DNA from: Amoeboaphelidium protococcarum X5
Lineage: Eukaryota; Fungi; Aphelidiomycota
DNA length: 64,000 nt
Reading direction: 5' to 3'
Assembly: GCA_023515725.1 (NCBI GenBank)
Contig: JALDTO010000266.1
Span: 1,093,580-1,157,579, forward strand
The first letter of the stretch is position 1. Every line of letters starts with the position of its first letter. Positions 39,606 to 53,179 of this stretch are shown here, in pieces. A model generated the notes under the pieces. The model was not told the origin of the DNA, ran no database searches, and was given only the letters and a program-made list of their open reading frames with translations. Position numbers and translations under genes: made by a program.

Positions 39606-40510
39606 TCAATCCTCTGCAGGTGGAGCATCTTGTTCAAGAAACTTCACAAACTTCAACTTGATCTGAGTAGAGTCATCACCTCTAAGAACATCACTGATGA
39701 ACGCCGCTTCAACTTGCATTTACACCTACACATTACAGATGCACACCACTGTCAGATTATGAATATGGGTACTTCAAATATGATAAAAAATGCATACCAT
39801 CTCTAGTGCACCGCGTAATACTCCACAGTAAATGTTACTCCACCAAAGATCATTCAGAGTCGATCCAGACGCAGAGTTGGACGATACTTGAGGAGCATTT
39901 TTAGCATTCAGATTACCAGCTGGCTATTTATTCTCATCAGAAGAAGAAGAAGATTATTATTATCCTTGTTAAGAGCTGTGAGTTGATACAACATCGAATA
40001 GAGTCGCGGGTGGAAACTCTACATACTCAGCCAGCGGGTTCTCATCCAGAGTCAGCACACACTCCTTCCCATCCTAAGACCATCCGCTGACGAGTGGACT
40101 GATGTTCAAGAACATTTTAAAGGCAACTTTGGTGATCCAATCCACAGTCTCGCGAAAGTCTGAGCACTTGGTGATTGGAGCCTTGGATAGAAAGTCTTCA
40201 ATCAGTCGTATTCCGATATTGAATCCCCTACAATAATAGCAAAACGCCTGTTATATTTGATAAATAGAGAACAGCGCAAATATTCTTACATGCGATCCAG
40301 CATCTTGTTGACTTCATTAAAATCATCCAAATCCTTAATCAGCTGTGTCACCAGTGCGCCATACGTGAAGGTGAACATTTCGCCATTCTACACAATAGTT
40401 TTCAATAGAGATTTCTCATATGACGACGATATAGAACTAGACAAAATTACAATCTTGTCAACTTTATTCTTCCACAAATCCTCTCCAATCTTTACGTACT
40501 GTCTATTCAT
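39606..40510 (-). CDS. BET3: TRAPP subunit Bet3/TRAPPC3; three introns and a low-complexity insertion
   Basis: EMFTFTYGALV, GFNIGIRLIEDFL, KVAFKMFL, ENPLAEYVE, LWWSNIYCGVLRGALEM. Confidence 0.92.
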
Positions 40511-40775
40511 CTGCGATCACTAGTTAGAGGTCCTTTTTTTAATCACTGGTGTCGCTAATGCAATGGTACTTCCCTCTTTGTTTCTCGCTGGAAAGTTGAA
40601 ATGGTTCGTGGATTGTCAAAAGAAGTAAAAACGCGTCGAGTATTGAAACAGTTTATTAAAAGTCCATCACTTGCTAATCATAATGTTGACATAATCTTAA
40701 AGTTGGATATGTCAAAGAAACGAAACCCACTTTTTTGAAAAAGAAAATACAAGATTAGATAGGGTAAAATTAAGA

Positions 40776-43397
40776 TCAAATATTCTCATTCACTAAGATG
40801 TAAATGTATCCGCTTCCGACGTCCTTGTCCACGGTGTCACCATCGCGGTAAAGGACGCCTTTATCATACTTGACAACTTTCTCGTCATTAAACAACACCC
40901 ACTCGCCATCATTTACAACCTTTTGAGGCTTATCATTAGTGCTCGTAACAGAGTTTAATTAACCTTCTGGCTATTTATATCTAACATACGCTACGTAATG
41001 ACCAGAGTTTACATTTGATCCTTTGTGAGCAATCACAGCATGCAATCTATACTTTGATCCAAGGTTTTTAAAACGATCTGGATATTGACTACTGGATCCT
41101 GACGTGGATGCAGCAGATGTCTCCTACTACTGCTCCACCTCATCATTATCGTCCTGTAATGGAGCATCTGGATTACTAAACAACCACTCGACAGCAGCTT
41201 CTACATTTCCACTCGTCTACTTGAGAGCCGCCTTGGCTTACGCGGCAGAAAATCCCATCTCTACAACCATATTGACACTATTAGGATCTACAGCAGGTGC
41301 TTTAGTGGTTGATTTAGCTTGAGTTTAAGCTGCATTAACAGGAATAGCGGGTGGAAGTGGATCGTCTAATGTAGGATCATCCATTCTACTAAAGAGCCAC
41401 TCCATTGCCACCTCAGAACCACCATTGCCAGTTTCTAATAACGCTCTCGTTGATCGATTCTTTGTGAATCCCATACTCATTAGCTATTCCAAGGCAGTAT
41501 TATCCACTTAAGGATTACTACTAGTAGAAGCGGAGGCATTGGATCCCGCAGTGATTTCATCTTCTGGTAACAATTAATCTTCAGCAGATGGTCCAGAGCG
41601 TAACTTGTCTCCAATATCAAAAACTTCCTAATCACACAAAATGCTGAGATTAAGCTTCTTGGGGACCCAATTCTCCAATATAAAGCGCTACATGTGCAAT
41701 ATGATAATAGGCGGCAGGCGTTTGTCTTTTGACCCATCGTTATTCAAGCGTACATTGCTCAATGCATTAATCTTCTTCTGGCAGCGAGTGCATCTAAAGT
41801 CTTGAATAACTTCATCAGCAAAGAATTGTTCAATACATTCAGACAGTTTAACGTCTTAATACTACTCTACACCGTCAATAGTCTGCTTCCTTTAAGGGAT
41901 TGGAGTCTCAATTCCAGAGGACATTTCATCTCTGAAAGAGCAACCCAAACACTCGGTGCATTACACTCGGCGATTCAAATGACATTCTATAGCCAGGCCA
42001 GGTCGAAAAATTGACGGCGGCAGCACGTTGCGACTACGATTATACTCTTGATCCAGGCGGGTGAATAAATGCTAAATGTATTCAAACGCATCCTACTATC
42101 TGGCAGTCTTGAATTCTGCATTATTGCCAGCCATCAAGTTCTTGAATGCCGTCAATTTAATTCCATCTTGCCATTACACTTGACCACTCTCTACAGAATT
42201 ATCCTTCTTTTCTTATGACTAGCTCATTTATTATTGCTACTTCTCAATAGCTTCTTGGAGATCAACGGGTAAATGAGCCTAGTCATTAACAACTTCACCT
42301 GGACGACTATAATCACCACTGATCAGCGATTGGACCACCTTTAATGACTGACATAGTAAGCTCTTTGAAGGCTTCAACATCGCATCACGATTCAACTTGC
42401 TCAAGGCCACATTTTTAAAATCAATGATCGGTGGGATAGTAACTAAACTCTGGAGTGAAGAGTTGATATAGCAACTATTGCCAATATTTTTCAGTCCGGT
42501 GAGATTAGGCCCATAGACGGGTGTCAAATCTTTACCATCAGCAGTGGCCATATTAAATTCATAATTGAGATTATGCTCCAACTACAGCTCTTACATACTC
42601 TTATCAGTCTTTACAAGGCCCTATAAGTTGATACCAAACGTGCTCATATGCAACGCCAAATCTGGATCTAGACGCATATCATCACAGTCATAACAGTAAA
42701 TATCCGCAGTACCAGCACTGGTTATAGTGCCCAGCTTACATGCCACAAAATGAGTTGGATTGTACTGGAAATGCTCAAATCCGTGACTATTACCGCCGCT
42801 ACCATCAAATTACTTTCTACCACAGCCAATATTTCCACACGTTAGACAGATCCACAAGTTGGTCTTCATACCACACTAAGAGCACTGATGCAAATTTATA
42901 GAGTCGATGCTGGATGGTTGTTACTACTAAAGCATTAGAGTGTGTTCACAGGCTTGCAATGGAACATTCCAGTCATTGCCAAGAATATTGTTCTATTACT
43001 CAGTACGGATTTATGTAAATAACTGAATCCACTCCAAGGACACCTCCTGCTGCTACTCTATGGCTAAAGAGTCTGCTCCCTTGAATTTGATCCAAGTACC
43101 AGTGTACTCCATCTTTTCTACATTGGCCTTTTTCCTAACATGGTGCTCTTCTGCAGTAGTAGATTTAGAATTATCACCAGCTGTAACTTCTTCGCCAATC
43201 AATTTCTTCAGAAACAGATATACTGCAGTGGTGTGTATAGTCAGATGAAGTGGGAGATGCTACCTGCAGAACGACTCCCAACAATTCAACTCGGTGCAGT
43301 AATACAATCCCTCAGAGCAGTCGTCGACACACAAACTACACTCCTCCTGCCTAAATTCAGGCACAACAGGTATCTTAAAATTCTAAATGATAGACAT
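40776..43397 (-). CDS. UBP14: Ubiquitin C-terminal hydrolase Ubp14/USP5
   Basis: ZnF-UBP (NLWICLTCGNIGCGR), Cys box GLKNIGNSCY, RQQDAFEY, two UBA domains, His box HKGSNVNSGHYV. Confidence 0.93.
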
Positions 43398-44004
43398 TGA
43401 AGTTAGAATTGGTGCTTATGCAATAAATTTTGGGAATAAAAGTGCTTATTACTCACTCGCTGCACTGATTGAATGGAAGGAGAAACACCGCTGGGAATAA
43501 ACGAGACGCCACTTGAAGACTTGGGTGAACGCTTTAATAAGAACAACTTCAATCTGGAAGATGTTTTACCGCCGTTTGCACGTTTTATATTAACAAGAAT
43601 ATTGTCTTATTCAGTGTATCAGTATAATACAGTGTGATAGTGTATGTGCTATATTTATATGACATGTTGAGCATAAAACAGTTTCAATAGCGTGTAACAA
43701 TCGTTAAAGAATGACACCTAACAGAGGCCTGTTTAGTGATGTCCACACAATACTCTTATAATGCGAATTCGGTTATCTATGACGTTGCAGCTATGCTCAC
43801 GAGAGCGGTGGTTCCAATGCCACGAAATGCGACATATAAGCCTCAACAAATGTTGAAGCCTCGTCAGCAAGTTTCCGTTTCTGAATAAATGTGAGGCTTT
43901 ACCTTCCTGATTCAAACTTGAAACAGATTAACTTGATGTTGAAATGACTTTTCCAATCTTTTACTTCCTTCTACAAGACTTAGTACCATAATAACACCTC
44001 TACC

Positions 44005-45570
44005 ATGGAAGAACACACCAAGGCTACAAAGGAATTGTCAAAGACTTTGGCCAGTTATAATAAAGAGTAGCTACAGCAAATTGCAGCGCGTGTAAACTTG
44101 GAAAAGGATCACGTTACCAAATCTGAACTATTACAGCTAATAGTAGATACTGGCCTTACAGTTTAGCAACTGCAGTTTTCCTTCTGTGATGGTATGACAT
44201 TTGATTAAACGACCGCTTTACTACTAAGAATAGGTCGCATTTTCTGCCAGAAGTTCGATCTGGTACCTGTCAATGATAACTGGATCTCATTGAGTAGTCT
44301 GGCTGCTGCAATTATGGCAAGATGGCACTCATCCGACTGGAGCAGGTTTCAGGAAAGTGATGCAATTAAAGAAGTAGCTAAGTTTCTAAGCGTCTCCTAG
44401 GATAAGCTACTTTAGGCTGAATAAAAACTGATCAGACTGGACATCGTCTCCATCGTAGTCGCTTGGTACAATGGGGCCGCGTTTACTGTTGCCTTAGTGC
44501 ACCAGCTGCTTTCTCGTTCCAATGCCTAATCTGACACTCTGACGCCACGATAACTTCCTCTCCCTCGTGAATGCCATACTCCTCATGATATTCAGTCCCC
44601 TGCCTTCTCCGAATCAAATACTTAACAAGGCGGTGGACCCCTTACTCGTCTTGCGTCTCAAGTGAACAGTGGATCGACCTTTTAAGTTGCCATATAGTCA
44701 ATATCTGCCTCTTCTTTAGTTTAGTAGCAAGTAATCTAAGATTTCAGCCATAGGTTGTTGTAAGGCCAGAGAGAAGAGATTTAGCTCACATGCGTCAAGC
44801 AAGTAATGGAAAAGTACTTGATGCAGGATAACCCTTCTACTAATGAGTACAAGCTTGCCAGTGACTGGATTAATGGCAGTGTCGACGAATACAGAGTCTG
44901 TATGATACTCAAGAGTTTGCTTAACAGGTAGGATCGGTAGAATTCTTCTGGGATCGGAGAACTGATATAAACGTTGGGGTAATACATGCCCCCGGAGCAA
45001 TTTATTCACCTGATGGCAAACTTATTATATGACTTTGGGATTAGCAAACCAATAGATCTCTGCTGTCTATGCCTTCGTTTGTCTTCTCACTTGGTGGAAG
45101 TGCATGAGTGTTTTGAAAGACTACACTCTAAGTCAGGAGGGTTTTGGATTAATGAAGTCTTTGGTGACGAATTACAGGCTCTTTGCTTCCGGAGAGACAT
45201 CCCTAATCTTCTGGTCTTTTGGATGTGGACGCTTAATAATAAAGAGATTATTGGCTTGATATGTGCGTTGTTAAGTGGAGTGGGATCTCGATTGCTGTCT
45301 GCAGGAAATTTAGAAGCCATTAAGCACCAAGCATAATCTTTGTCAATGAAGGATCTAACTATGACAACCAAGAGCTCATTATGCATATAGTTATTACAGC
45401 ACTTCCAACGACAAGTCAAATCTGTTGACGAGGAACTAACTTTGGCATTCTAATATCTAATGAAGTAAGATATGGACCCAATTCAAACACCAAAAGGAGT
45501 AAAAAATGAACAACAGAATGCACAATCTAATAACACGTGCTATGGAAAACCGCGTTCTCCAGAAGTATGA
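44005..45570 (+). CDS. Orphan protein, 521 aa, with possible N-terminal HeH/SAP/Rho_N-like module
   Basis: Single frame from ATG 44005 to TGA 45568-45570; N-terminus LASYNKEQLQQIAARVNL...TKSELLQLI resembles helix-extension-helix motifs (weak). Confidence 0.7.
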
Positions 45571-45640
45571 TCATTCAATTAAACCAATGATATTGCATAA
45601 TCATAATCATATTCATCACTACTTACTGTATTTTTTAAGT

Positions 45641-47698
45641 GAACGCATATTGCGTTCATCATAGACCAAACGCGCGCATATTGCGTAAACTCCCTCAGAT
45701 GCAAGCGAACCACTCTAGCGGCTTCTTTCTAGTCTCTGCATACACATTTTTACATTCTGCGTGCACTGAAAGCAGTTTCAAGTTGAAAACTCATCAGGGG
45801 ACAGAGTGGTTCAATGAACGCAATATGCGTGCATCACTGACAAGACGCGCGCATATTGCGTAAACTCCCTCACTATCGAGCGAACCACTCAAGCAACTAA
45901 AAATAAGACTCTAGACACTCAGTAAAACATTCTGCGTTCACTGAAAGCAGTTTCAAGTCGAAAACTCTTAATGCGACAGAGTGGTTCAATGAACGCATTT
46001 TGCGTTCATCATGGATCAAACGCGCGCATATTGCGTAAACTCCCTCAGCTTAAAGCGAACCACTCTAGCGGCTTCTTTTTAGTCTCTGCATACACATTTT
46101 TACATTCTGCGTGCACTTAAAGCAGTTTCAAGTTGAAAACTCATCAGGGGACAGAGTGGTTCAAAGAACGCAATATGCGTTCATCATGGATCAAACGCGC
46201 GCATATTGCGTAAACTCCCTCACTATCGAGCGAACTACTTTAGCAACTAAAAATAAGACTCTAGACACTCAGTTTCAGATTCTGCGTTCATTGAAAGCAG
46301 TTTCAAGTTCAAAACTCTTTATACGGCAGAGTGGTTCAATGAACGCATTTTGCGTTCATCATGGATCAAACGCGCGCATATTGCGTAAACTCCCTCACTA
46401 TCGAGCGAACTACTTTAGCAACTAAAAATAAGACTCTAGACACTCAGTTTCAGATTCTGCGTTCATTGAAAGCAGTTTCAAGTTCAAAACTCTTTATACG
46501 GCAGAGTGGTTCAATGAACGCATTTTGCGTTCATCATGGATCAAACGCGCGCATATTGCGTAAACTCCCTCACTATCGAGCGAACTACTTTAGCAACTAA
46601 AAATAAGACTCTAGACACTCAGTTTCAGATTCTGCGTTCATTGAAAGCAGTTTCAAGTTCAAAACTCTTCATACGGCAGAGTGGTTCAATGAACGCATTT
46701 TGCGTTCATCACTGACAAGACGCGCGCATATTGCGTAAACTCCCTCACTATCGAGCGAACTACTTTAGCAACTAAAAATAAGACTCTAGACACTCAGTAA
46801 AACATTCTGCGTTCACTGAAAGCAGTTTCAAGTCGAAAACTCTTAATGCGACAGAGTGGTTCAATGAACGCATTTTGCGTTCATCATGGATCAAACACGC
46901 GCATATTGCGTAAACTCCCTCACTATCGAGCGAACTACTTTAGCAACTAAAAATAAGACTCTAGACACTCAGTTTCAGATTCTGCGTTCATTGAAAGCAG
47001 TTTCAAGTTCAAAACTCATCAGGGGACAGAGTGGTTCAATGAACGCAATATGCGTTCATCATAGACCAAACGCGCGCATATTGCGTAAACTCCCTCACTA
47101 TCGAGCGAACCACTCTAGCAACTAAAAATAAGACTCTAGACACTCAGTTTCAGATTCTGCGTTCATTGAAAGCAGTTTCAAGTTCAAAACTCTTAATACG
47201 GCAGAGTGGTTCAATGAACGCATTTTGCGTTCATCACTGACAAGACGCGCGCATATTGCGTAAACTCCCTCACTATCGAGCGAACTACTTTAGCAACTAA
47301 AAATAAGACTCTAGACACTCAGTAAAACATTCTGCGTTCACTGAAAGCAGTTTCAAGTCGAAAACTCTTAATGCGACAGAGTGGTTCAATGAACGCATTT
47401 TGCGTTCATCATGGATCAAACGCGCGCATATTGCGTAAACTCCCTCAGCTTAAAGCGAACCACTCTAGCGGCTTCTTTTTAGTCTCTGCATACACATTTT
47501 TACATTCTGCGTGCACTGAAAGCAGTTTCAAGTTGAAAACTCATCAGGGGACAGAGTGGTTCAATGAACGCAATATGCGTTCATCACTGACCAGGCGCGC
47601 GCATATTGCGTGAACTCTCCACTTTCGAGCGAACCACTTTAGCAACTAAAAATAAGACTCTAGACACTCAGTATAACATTCTGCGTTCATTGAAAGCT
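45641..47698. repeat. Tandem array of ~11.8 units of 175 bp with internal palindromes
   Basis: Anchor TTGCGT(A/G)AACT recurs at 45681, 45856, 46031 ... 47606, exactly every 175 bp. Confidence 0.97.
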
Positions 47699-47784
47699 TG
47701 TGGAAAATGAACATGAATCTACTATGCAAATATGTTATAAAATCATTCAAAAAGTCTTAGGCCTGACAACCACAATGACAATGC

Positions 47785-49161
47785 TCATAAAAACGACCGA
47801 AACACCTTTGAGGCGAGACGTATCATCCGTTGCTTCAAGTATAAACTTCCTTGACTATTCCCTTATGAGCTAAGCCTCTAGAATGGTCGTGTATATTACG
47901 CCAGATTACTCTGCTCTTACCACATTTTGGATCTTAGATTATGGTTCCATGTAATAATGAGATTATCTTGCTCCACATCGCGATATGCCGACCGATAATT
48001 CCAGTTAGAAGATCCTAATATGGTTATGAATGGCATTTTCAATCTATTATCATTGACAAAGAGACCTTTTGCATGATAAGACCATCCATCGTCATTTCTA
48101 TCATACTCCAATAGACGAAGATTATTACCGCTACTAGTAGAGTCAATAAACTAACTCGCAACATGCTAGTACATGGTTGGTACGTAATACGATACACCCT
48201 TTCCTTGATAGAACCCATTTGTTCTCACGGATGGTATGGTGATATTGACCGTGGAATCTTTAGAAAGTTAGTACAGTGCATCACTAACATCAGCAGTTGG
48301 AATGAAATAGCCACTAGTGATATCAATGTCGCCCATCAGTGCTTTGCCTTATGGACTTTATTTTAGTTTAGCCAGATAATTCAAAATTGAAATCATGCTT
48401 TGCTAACTTTACCATATTTTCAGGTGAGGCACATTGAACATTGGAATCACCATAGCCTTGTTGCTATTCATAATCAGACTCTTGTCAATGGCACTATCAA
48501 CACTGCAGTCATCACCCAAAAGATTTTGGTAATCTCCAGGCTCATTCAATTGCCGTATAAACTCGTCATACCATTTGTTCAGCTATTAACTATCATCCTC
48601 CTTATCGAACGGTGTACCATCACTATCACAACCACCAAGATTAAGAACGTAATACCGATCCTGTCTATTGGTGAAATAGCTAGCAGAGAGATTGGCACCA
48701 GATAGTATAACAACATTATCAAACTTGTAGATTTTAACGTGTAGAATACTGAAAATCTCGTTATTTCTATCGCCAAACAGTCTAGTTAGTAGAGAACTGG
48801 CAGCACCAGACTTGTACATGTGCAAGTTGACATTGGATGCATTCAAACTCTTGACACGCGTCTCCAACACTTCCCTACCAGACGTAGACTGTCCATCGCT
48901 AGCAGTAATTAATCTATTAGATCTGAAGTGATCAAAGGTTAAATCAACTAGCAATTGCGGATTAGCTTTGATTGCATCAGATAGAGCAGTGATTAATTCA
49001 GATTCTGTCTTATATTTATCCAGTTCACATCCACAATACAGCGATACTAATTGGATTTGATATTTAGCATTGGATATCCTTCTCAAAAGCTCTTGATGAA
49101 ACTCCTATGGCGTATTCAACACGTCGATTCTATCAGCATCTATCTTGAAGTATTTCACCAT
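47785..49161 (-). CDS. PGS1: Phosphatidylglycerophosphate synthase (PLD-fold)
   Basis: LVSLYCG, LHVKIYKFDNVVILSGANLSASYFTNRQDRY, TSGYFIP, WSYHAKGL, GSSNWNYRSAYRDVE. Confidence 0.9.
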
Positions 49162-49632
49162 TATTACTTGCGTGTAGACTAATCTATAGGCGCGCAATAA
49201 AGTGTAAGCGACTTTACGATTCTTCAATCTTACTCAGCGTTAAAAGATGAAGTAAATGATGTGAAAGTCTGATTTAATATTTATTGGTTGAACACGCTAT
49301 AAATCAGTGATAAGATCATTTAGATTTTCTGATTAAATGTCACCATAGAATTAACAGCGTGAAAGGGTAGAAGCTCGAATGACAATGAGGTGAGTTGATG
49401 CTGTTTGGATCAATCTGCTGACGAAAGTTTGTTTGGAGAGCCAAGTCTAATACCTCTTTGACAGGCGTTAAGTTGAATTTGGAAAACAAATAAAAGCTTC
49501 AATTAATCAAATCAAATGCTCCAATACCAATTTGGGGACGGACAGGCAAAGTATGGTCACTGGTGATGTCGAAGTAATCGTCAAAGCTTCCAACTTCCGT
49601 TCTGGGTGGAATGTGAAACGCGCGTCTTTCTC

Positions 49633-49635
<3 letters not shown>

Positions 49636-49664
<29 letters not shown>
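49636..49664. repeat. (TC)n microsatellite upstream of PLK4
   Basis: Uninterrupted TC run of about 14 units. Confidence 0.9.
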
Positions 49665-49668
<4 letters not shown>

Positions 49669-49817
49669 CTCTTGCTCTGTCACTCTCAGTCTCTGCATTT
49701 ATTGTTGAACTGGAAAGTGAATTGCCATTGTCTATATATATTCAAGGTGGAATATTTTGGAATTAATTATCGAGCTTTGTAATTATTTTGAGAGTCTGGT
49801 GGAAATTTGGATTGAGT

Positions 49818-52136
49818 ATGATGTTTCCCTCTGATAAAAATTAGTATGAACTCATGTCCATCATTGGGAAAGGCTCTTTTAGTAATGTGTATAAAGTTCG
49901 TCTGAGAGCTAGTTCGTCGAATGTACTACTATCTACAAGCCGACTTATCATAGACTCATAGCAATAGTAGCAATATGCACTGAAGATTATTTAAAAGTAA
50001 TTGATTCTTAATGCTGGACTGTCTGAAAGAGTCAGAAATGAAGTTTAAATTCACAGTGAGTTGTAATCATGTCGAAATATAGTCAAGTTGCTTCATCACT
50101 GGGAGGATAATGATGCTATATATCTGTTGATGGAGTTGTGTTAAGAGGATTTGTACAGTTATTTGCACACTAAAATCAATAGTACCCCGGTGAATAATGC
50201 ATAGAATAGAGGACTTGATGAGAAAGAGGTTGGGCTGTTAATGAAAGATTTAGTTGAAGGAGTTGCGTATTTGCACCATCGTTCTATTCTGCATAGAGAT
50301 TTGAAATTGTCAAATATCATGCTGTAGAAAGATTTGATAAGTGGAGAGAATATTTGTAAAATTGGAGACTTTGGATTGTCTTGCCGAGTATCTGCGCAGA
50401 CTAATAATAAGAGCTTTAAGAATTCAATTAACATCAGTGAGGCTATGACCATGTGCGGTACACCTAATTATATTAGTCCTGAGATTGTGAATAGGAGGAT
50501 TTATGGCTTATCTACTGATATATGGTCTCTGGGATGTTTATTATACACTCTCCTATGTGGATATGCACCATTTGAGTCTGATAATGCCGGCAATGTGAAA
50601 GAGACTTTGAACAAGATCAAGTCGGGACAGTTTTCTATTCCATCATTCTTATCCTTTAATGCATCTGACTTGGTGAAGAGGATGTTGACAATTGATCCTG
50701 CTGATAGAATAACTATAGATGAAATTAAAACTCATCCATTCGTTCTGTCTGCCTCCATTTCTTCTCACAGGCCTGTCATCGTTGATCATTTTAACTAGAA
50801 CAATAACAATGTTATTGACCGTGCTAATACTGAGAGTTAACCATTGTTTGCAGCGTCAGATCTACAGGCGCTGTCCACTTTGAGGCTGAAGCCTATTAAA
50901 TAAGTTACAAAGCATGGAGTTGTTGAGATCACGACTGATGGAATTGTCATGCTCGAATTGACTAATGACAAGTACAAGTTGATAATAAGTTCTGATGGTC
51001 TTAATGTTCAAGTGACTGATAAATCGAATGGTAGCACTTTTCAGTATTAATTCAGCTCTCTGCCCAGTAAGTTTATTAAAAAGTACAAATACGCCTTCAA
51101 GTTTGTGTAAGCTGTCAGATCAAAGACTCCAAAAGTTATCTACTATAGCCAGGTGGCCAAGAGTATGTTGATGGAGAATAATCCTCCTGATTTTGAATGT
51201 GTATTTTGTAATAGCAGCAATAGTAAGAGCTCAATTAATTAGAATGATCAGGTGAAGATTCGATTTAATGCCAGTACGAATGAGGTTGAGATTGCACAGA
51301 ATGGTAAAAAGTAGAGTTTTGCAGATTAGGCGGAAGCTATTCCATTTCAGTATCAGTATTACTATCGGCACATGAAGGAGTGCTATTAGATTTGTCTTGA
51401 TCTGATTATGAATAAGGGTACCGGTGCTGATTATCCTTTGATTATTCGCGGTGATGGTAAGAATAAGTTCTCATCAAATTTATCTAGTAGCACTATAATG
51501 GCAAACTTTGGCCGGTCACGAAACGACAAAATGACTCTTAATCTCGGGGCACCTACTTTGGATAATTCATTAATCAGTCACATGTAAAAGACCTCATTGA
51601 GTCCCGTAGACTAGAATCATATTGAGTAAAGGAATATTCTACCGCAAAATGGTGTATAACATACTAACATCAACTCACTGTAATAGAGTGCCATGATACC
51701 CAGTCTGACTAACTCTAATTAATTATCATAACCGGTGTTGTCCATGAATCCGAGTAGATAGCTTCCAGCATAATAGTAATCTCATTAAAGTTAACAGTTT
51801 AATGCGTCCTGTAAAACGCAAGCAATGTTAAGTGGCGACAGCAATACTTGGAACAATGCAGTATTTATGGCCAATGTGGGATGGTGTGTGCAAACCAAGT
51901 CTGGAAGTGGTGGTAACAACTTCACAATGCTCTTCAATGATGGCGTCCGGCTTACTGTGGAAACTCCATCGAGGAAGGGAGAACCGTGTTATGTCGCGTT
52001 TACATCGTCCTCTTAAGTGGATTTGAAGCAAGGCGGTGCAGAGTAGAGACTCGTGCTGGATCGTAACCTCCCTCGCCAAATCAAGTCAAAGCTGGTGCAC
52101 TTTACATAGTTTGTAAAGTTGTTCAAGAAGGATTGA
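49818..52136 (+). CDS. PLK4: Polo-like kinase 4 (SAK)
   Basis: Kinase HRDLKLSN, DFGL, TMCGTPNYISPE; cryptic polo box LSTLRLKPIKQVTKHG and FVQAVRSKTPKV; PB3 ANVGWC...MLFNDG. Confidence 0.9.
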
Positions 52137-52271
52137 TCTTATGGGTGGTAATTTCGCTTATAGTTTCTGTTTGTATTGATAGTTGTTTATAATAGATTTG
52201 ATTTATTTATTGTTTACAAGCAATATACCTTAACTCTATTTTAGTCATTAAGCTCAAGTTTGATTATCACA

Positions 52272-53053
52272 TCATGAACCAAATATTGATGAATCTACCA
52301 GCTGAAAGGACTTGATTAGACGAACAAAGGTTTAAACTGCACTGGATACTTCATCTTCATCGCGAGTCATTCCAGATCCACTTATCGCCTAGTCCCAATT
52401 CAATTAACAGGCCTAATTAGCTTAAGAATCATCAACAAGTGGTAAGTTCATTGACAATACAATGTCAGTATTGTGTTGCTGCAATCGAAAAACACAAAGC
52501 ATAATCAGCACCTGATCAAGTCGCGTCTAATTGAACTTTTAGATCCGCTGCATTCCCACAACAACTCTAACAAACGTGTCTCCTCTACAACTTTGAACAG
52601 CTTTAAATAATGTCAAATCAATAAAGGAAATATGCATGACTTACTCTGTTGCAATAAGACAATTGCTTTCAAGTTGACTTTAATGGAGCACGGTCGCGTT
52701 ATCTGGTACACACTGATTGTCCTCAGCCAGCACTTGAAAATGAATTCTACACACTGATTTACAGACTAGAGTAAGCTATACACATATAAGGACATAATTA
52801 TTTACAATGCAGGATCGTTCGCGTTTACTGTTGTAGAATCTGATCGTTACGATGCAAAGGTAAATTCTTCAGGTACAGAGGACGTGTCAATCAATTCAAT
52901 TATGATACTCGCAGCGGATTTAGTATCAGCAAATACTTCCTGATTATCAGGCACTTGGCGGAATTCAGATACATCCTGATATGAGCTAGGTACAGAACAT
53001 TTCATAGCCCCGCCAAATAGCTGGCGATCATTCTAATTATCAATCTCAATCAT
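52272..53053 (-). CDS. MOG1: Ran guanine nucleotide release factor Mog1; intron at 52747-52805
   Basis: LFGGAM, DVSEFRQVPDNQEVFAD, SIIIEL, HFQVLAEDN, HNTDIVLSMN. Confidence 0.9.
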
Positions 53054-53179
53054 TTTATCTTCGCTCTTATAAATGAAGACACATGCTAGTCGTAAAAGAG
53101 ACTAAAGATTGTCGCTGAAGCAAAATAGAATCAAAATTGCAATGATCTATTATACACTTTATTATTACAGTTAAGTAAC

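Noticed and set aside
46320-46385. tRNA-like look (CGGCAGAGTGG A-box-like, hairpin, GGATCAAAC)
   Set aside because: No acceptor or T stem can be formed and the B-box-like part is not conserved among units.
45641-47698. CRISPR-like array or protein-coding repeat
   Set aside because: Variable segments have only 2-4 recurring alleles rather than unique spacers, and no cas genes are present. 175 is not divisible by 3, and TGA interrupts the frames even with a hypothetical intron per unit.
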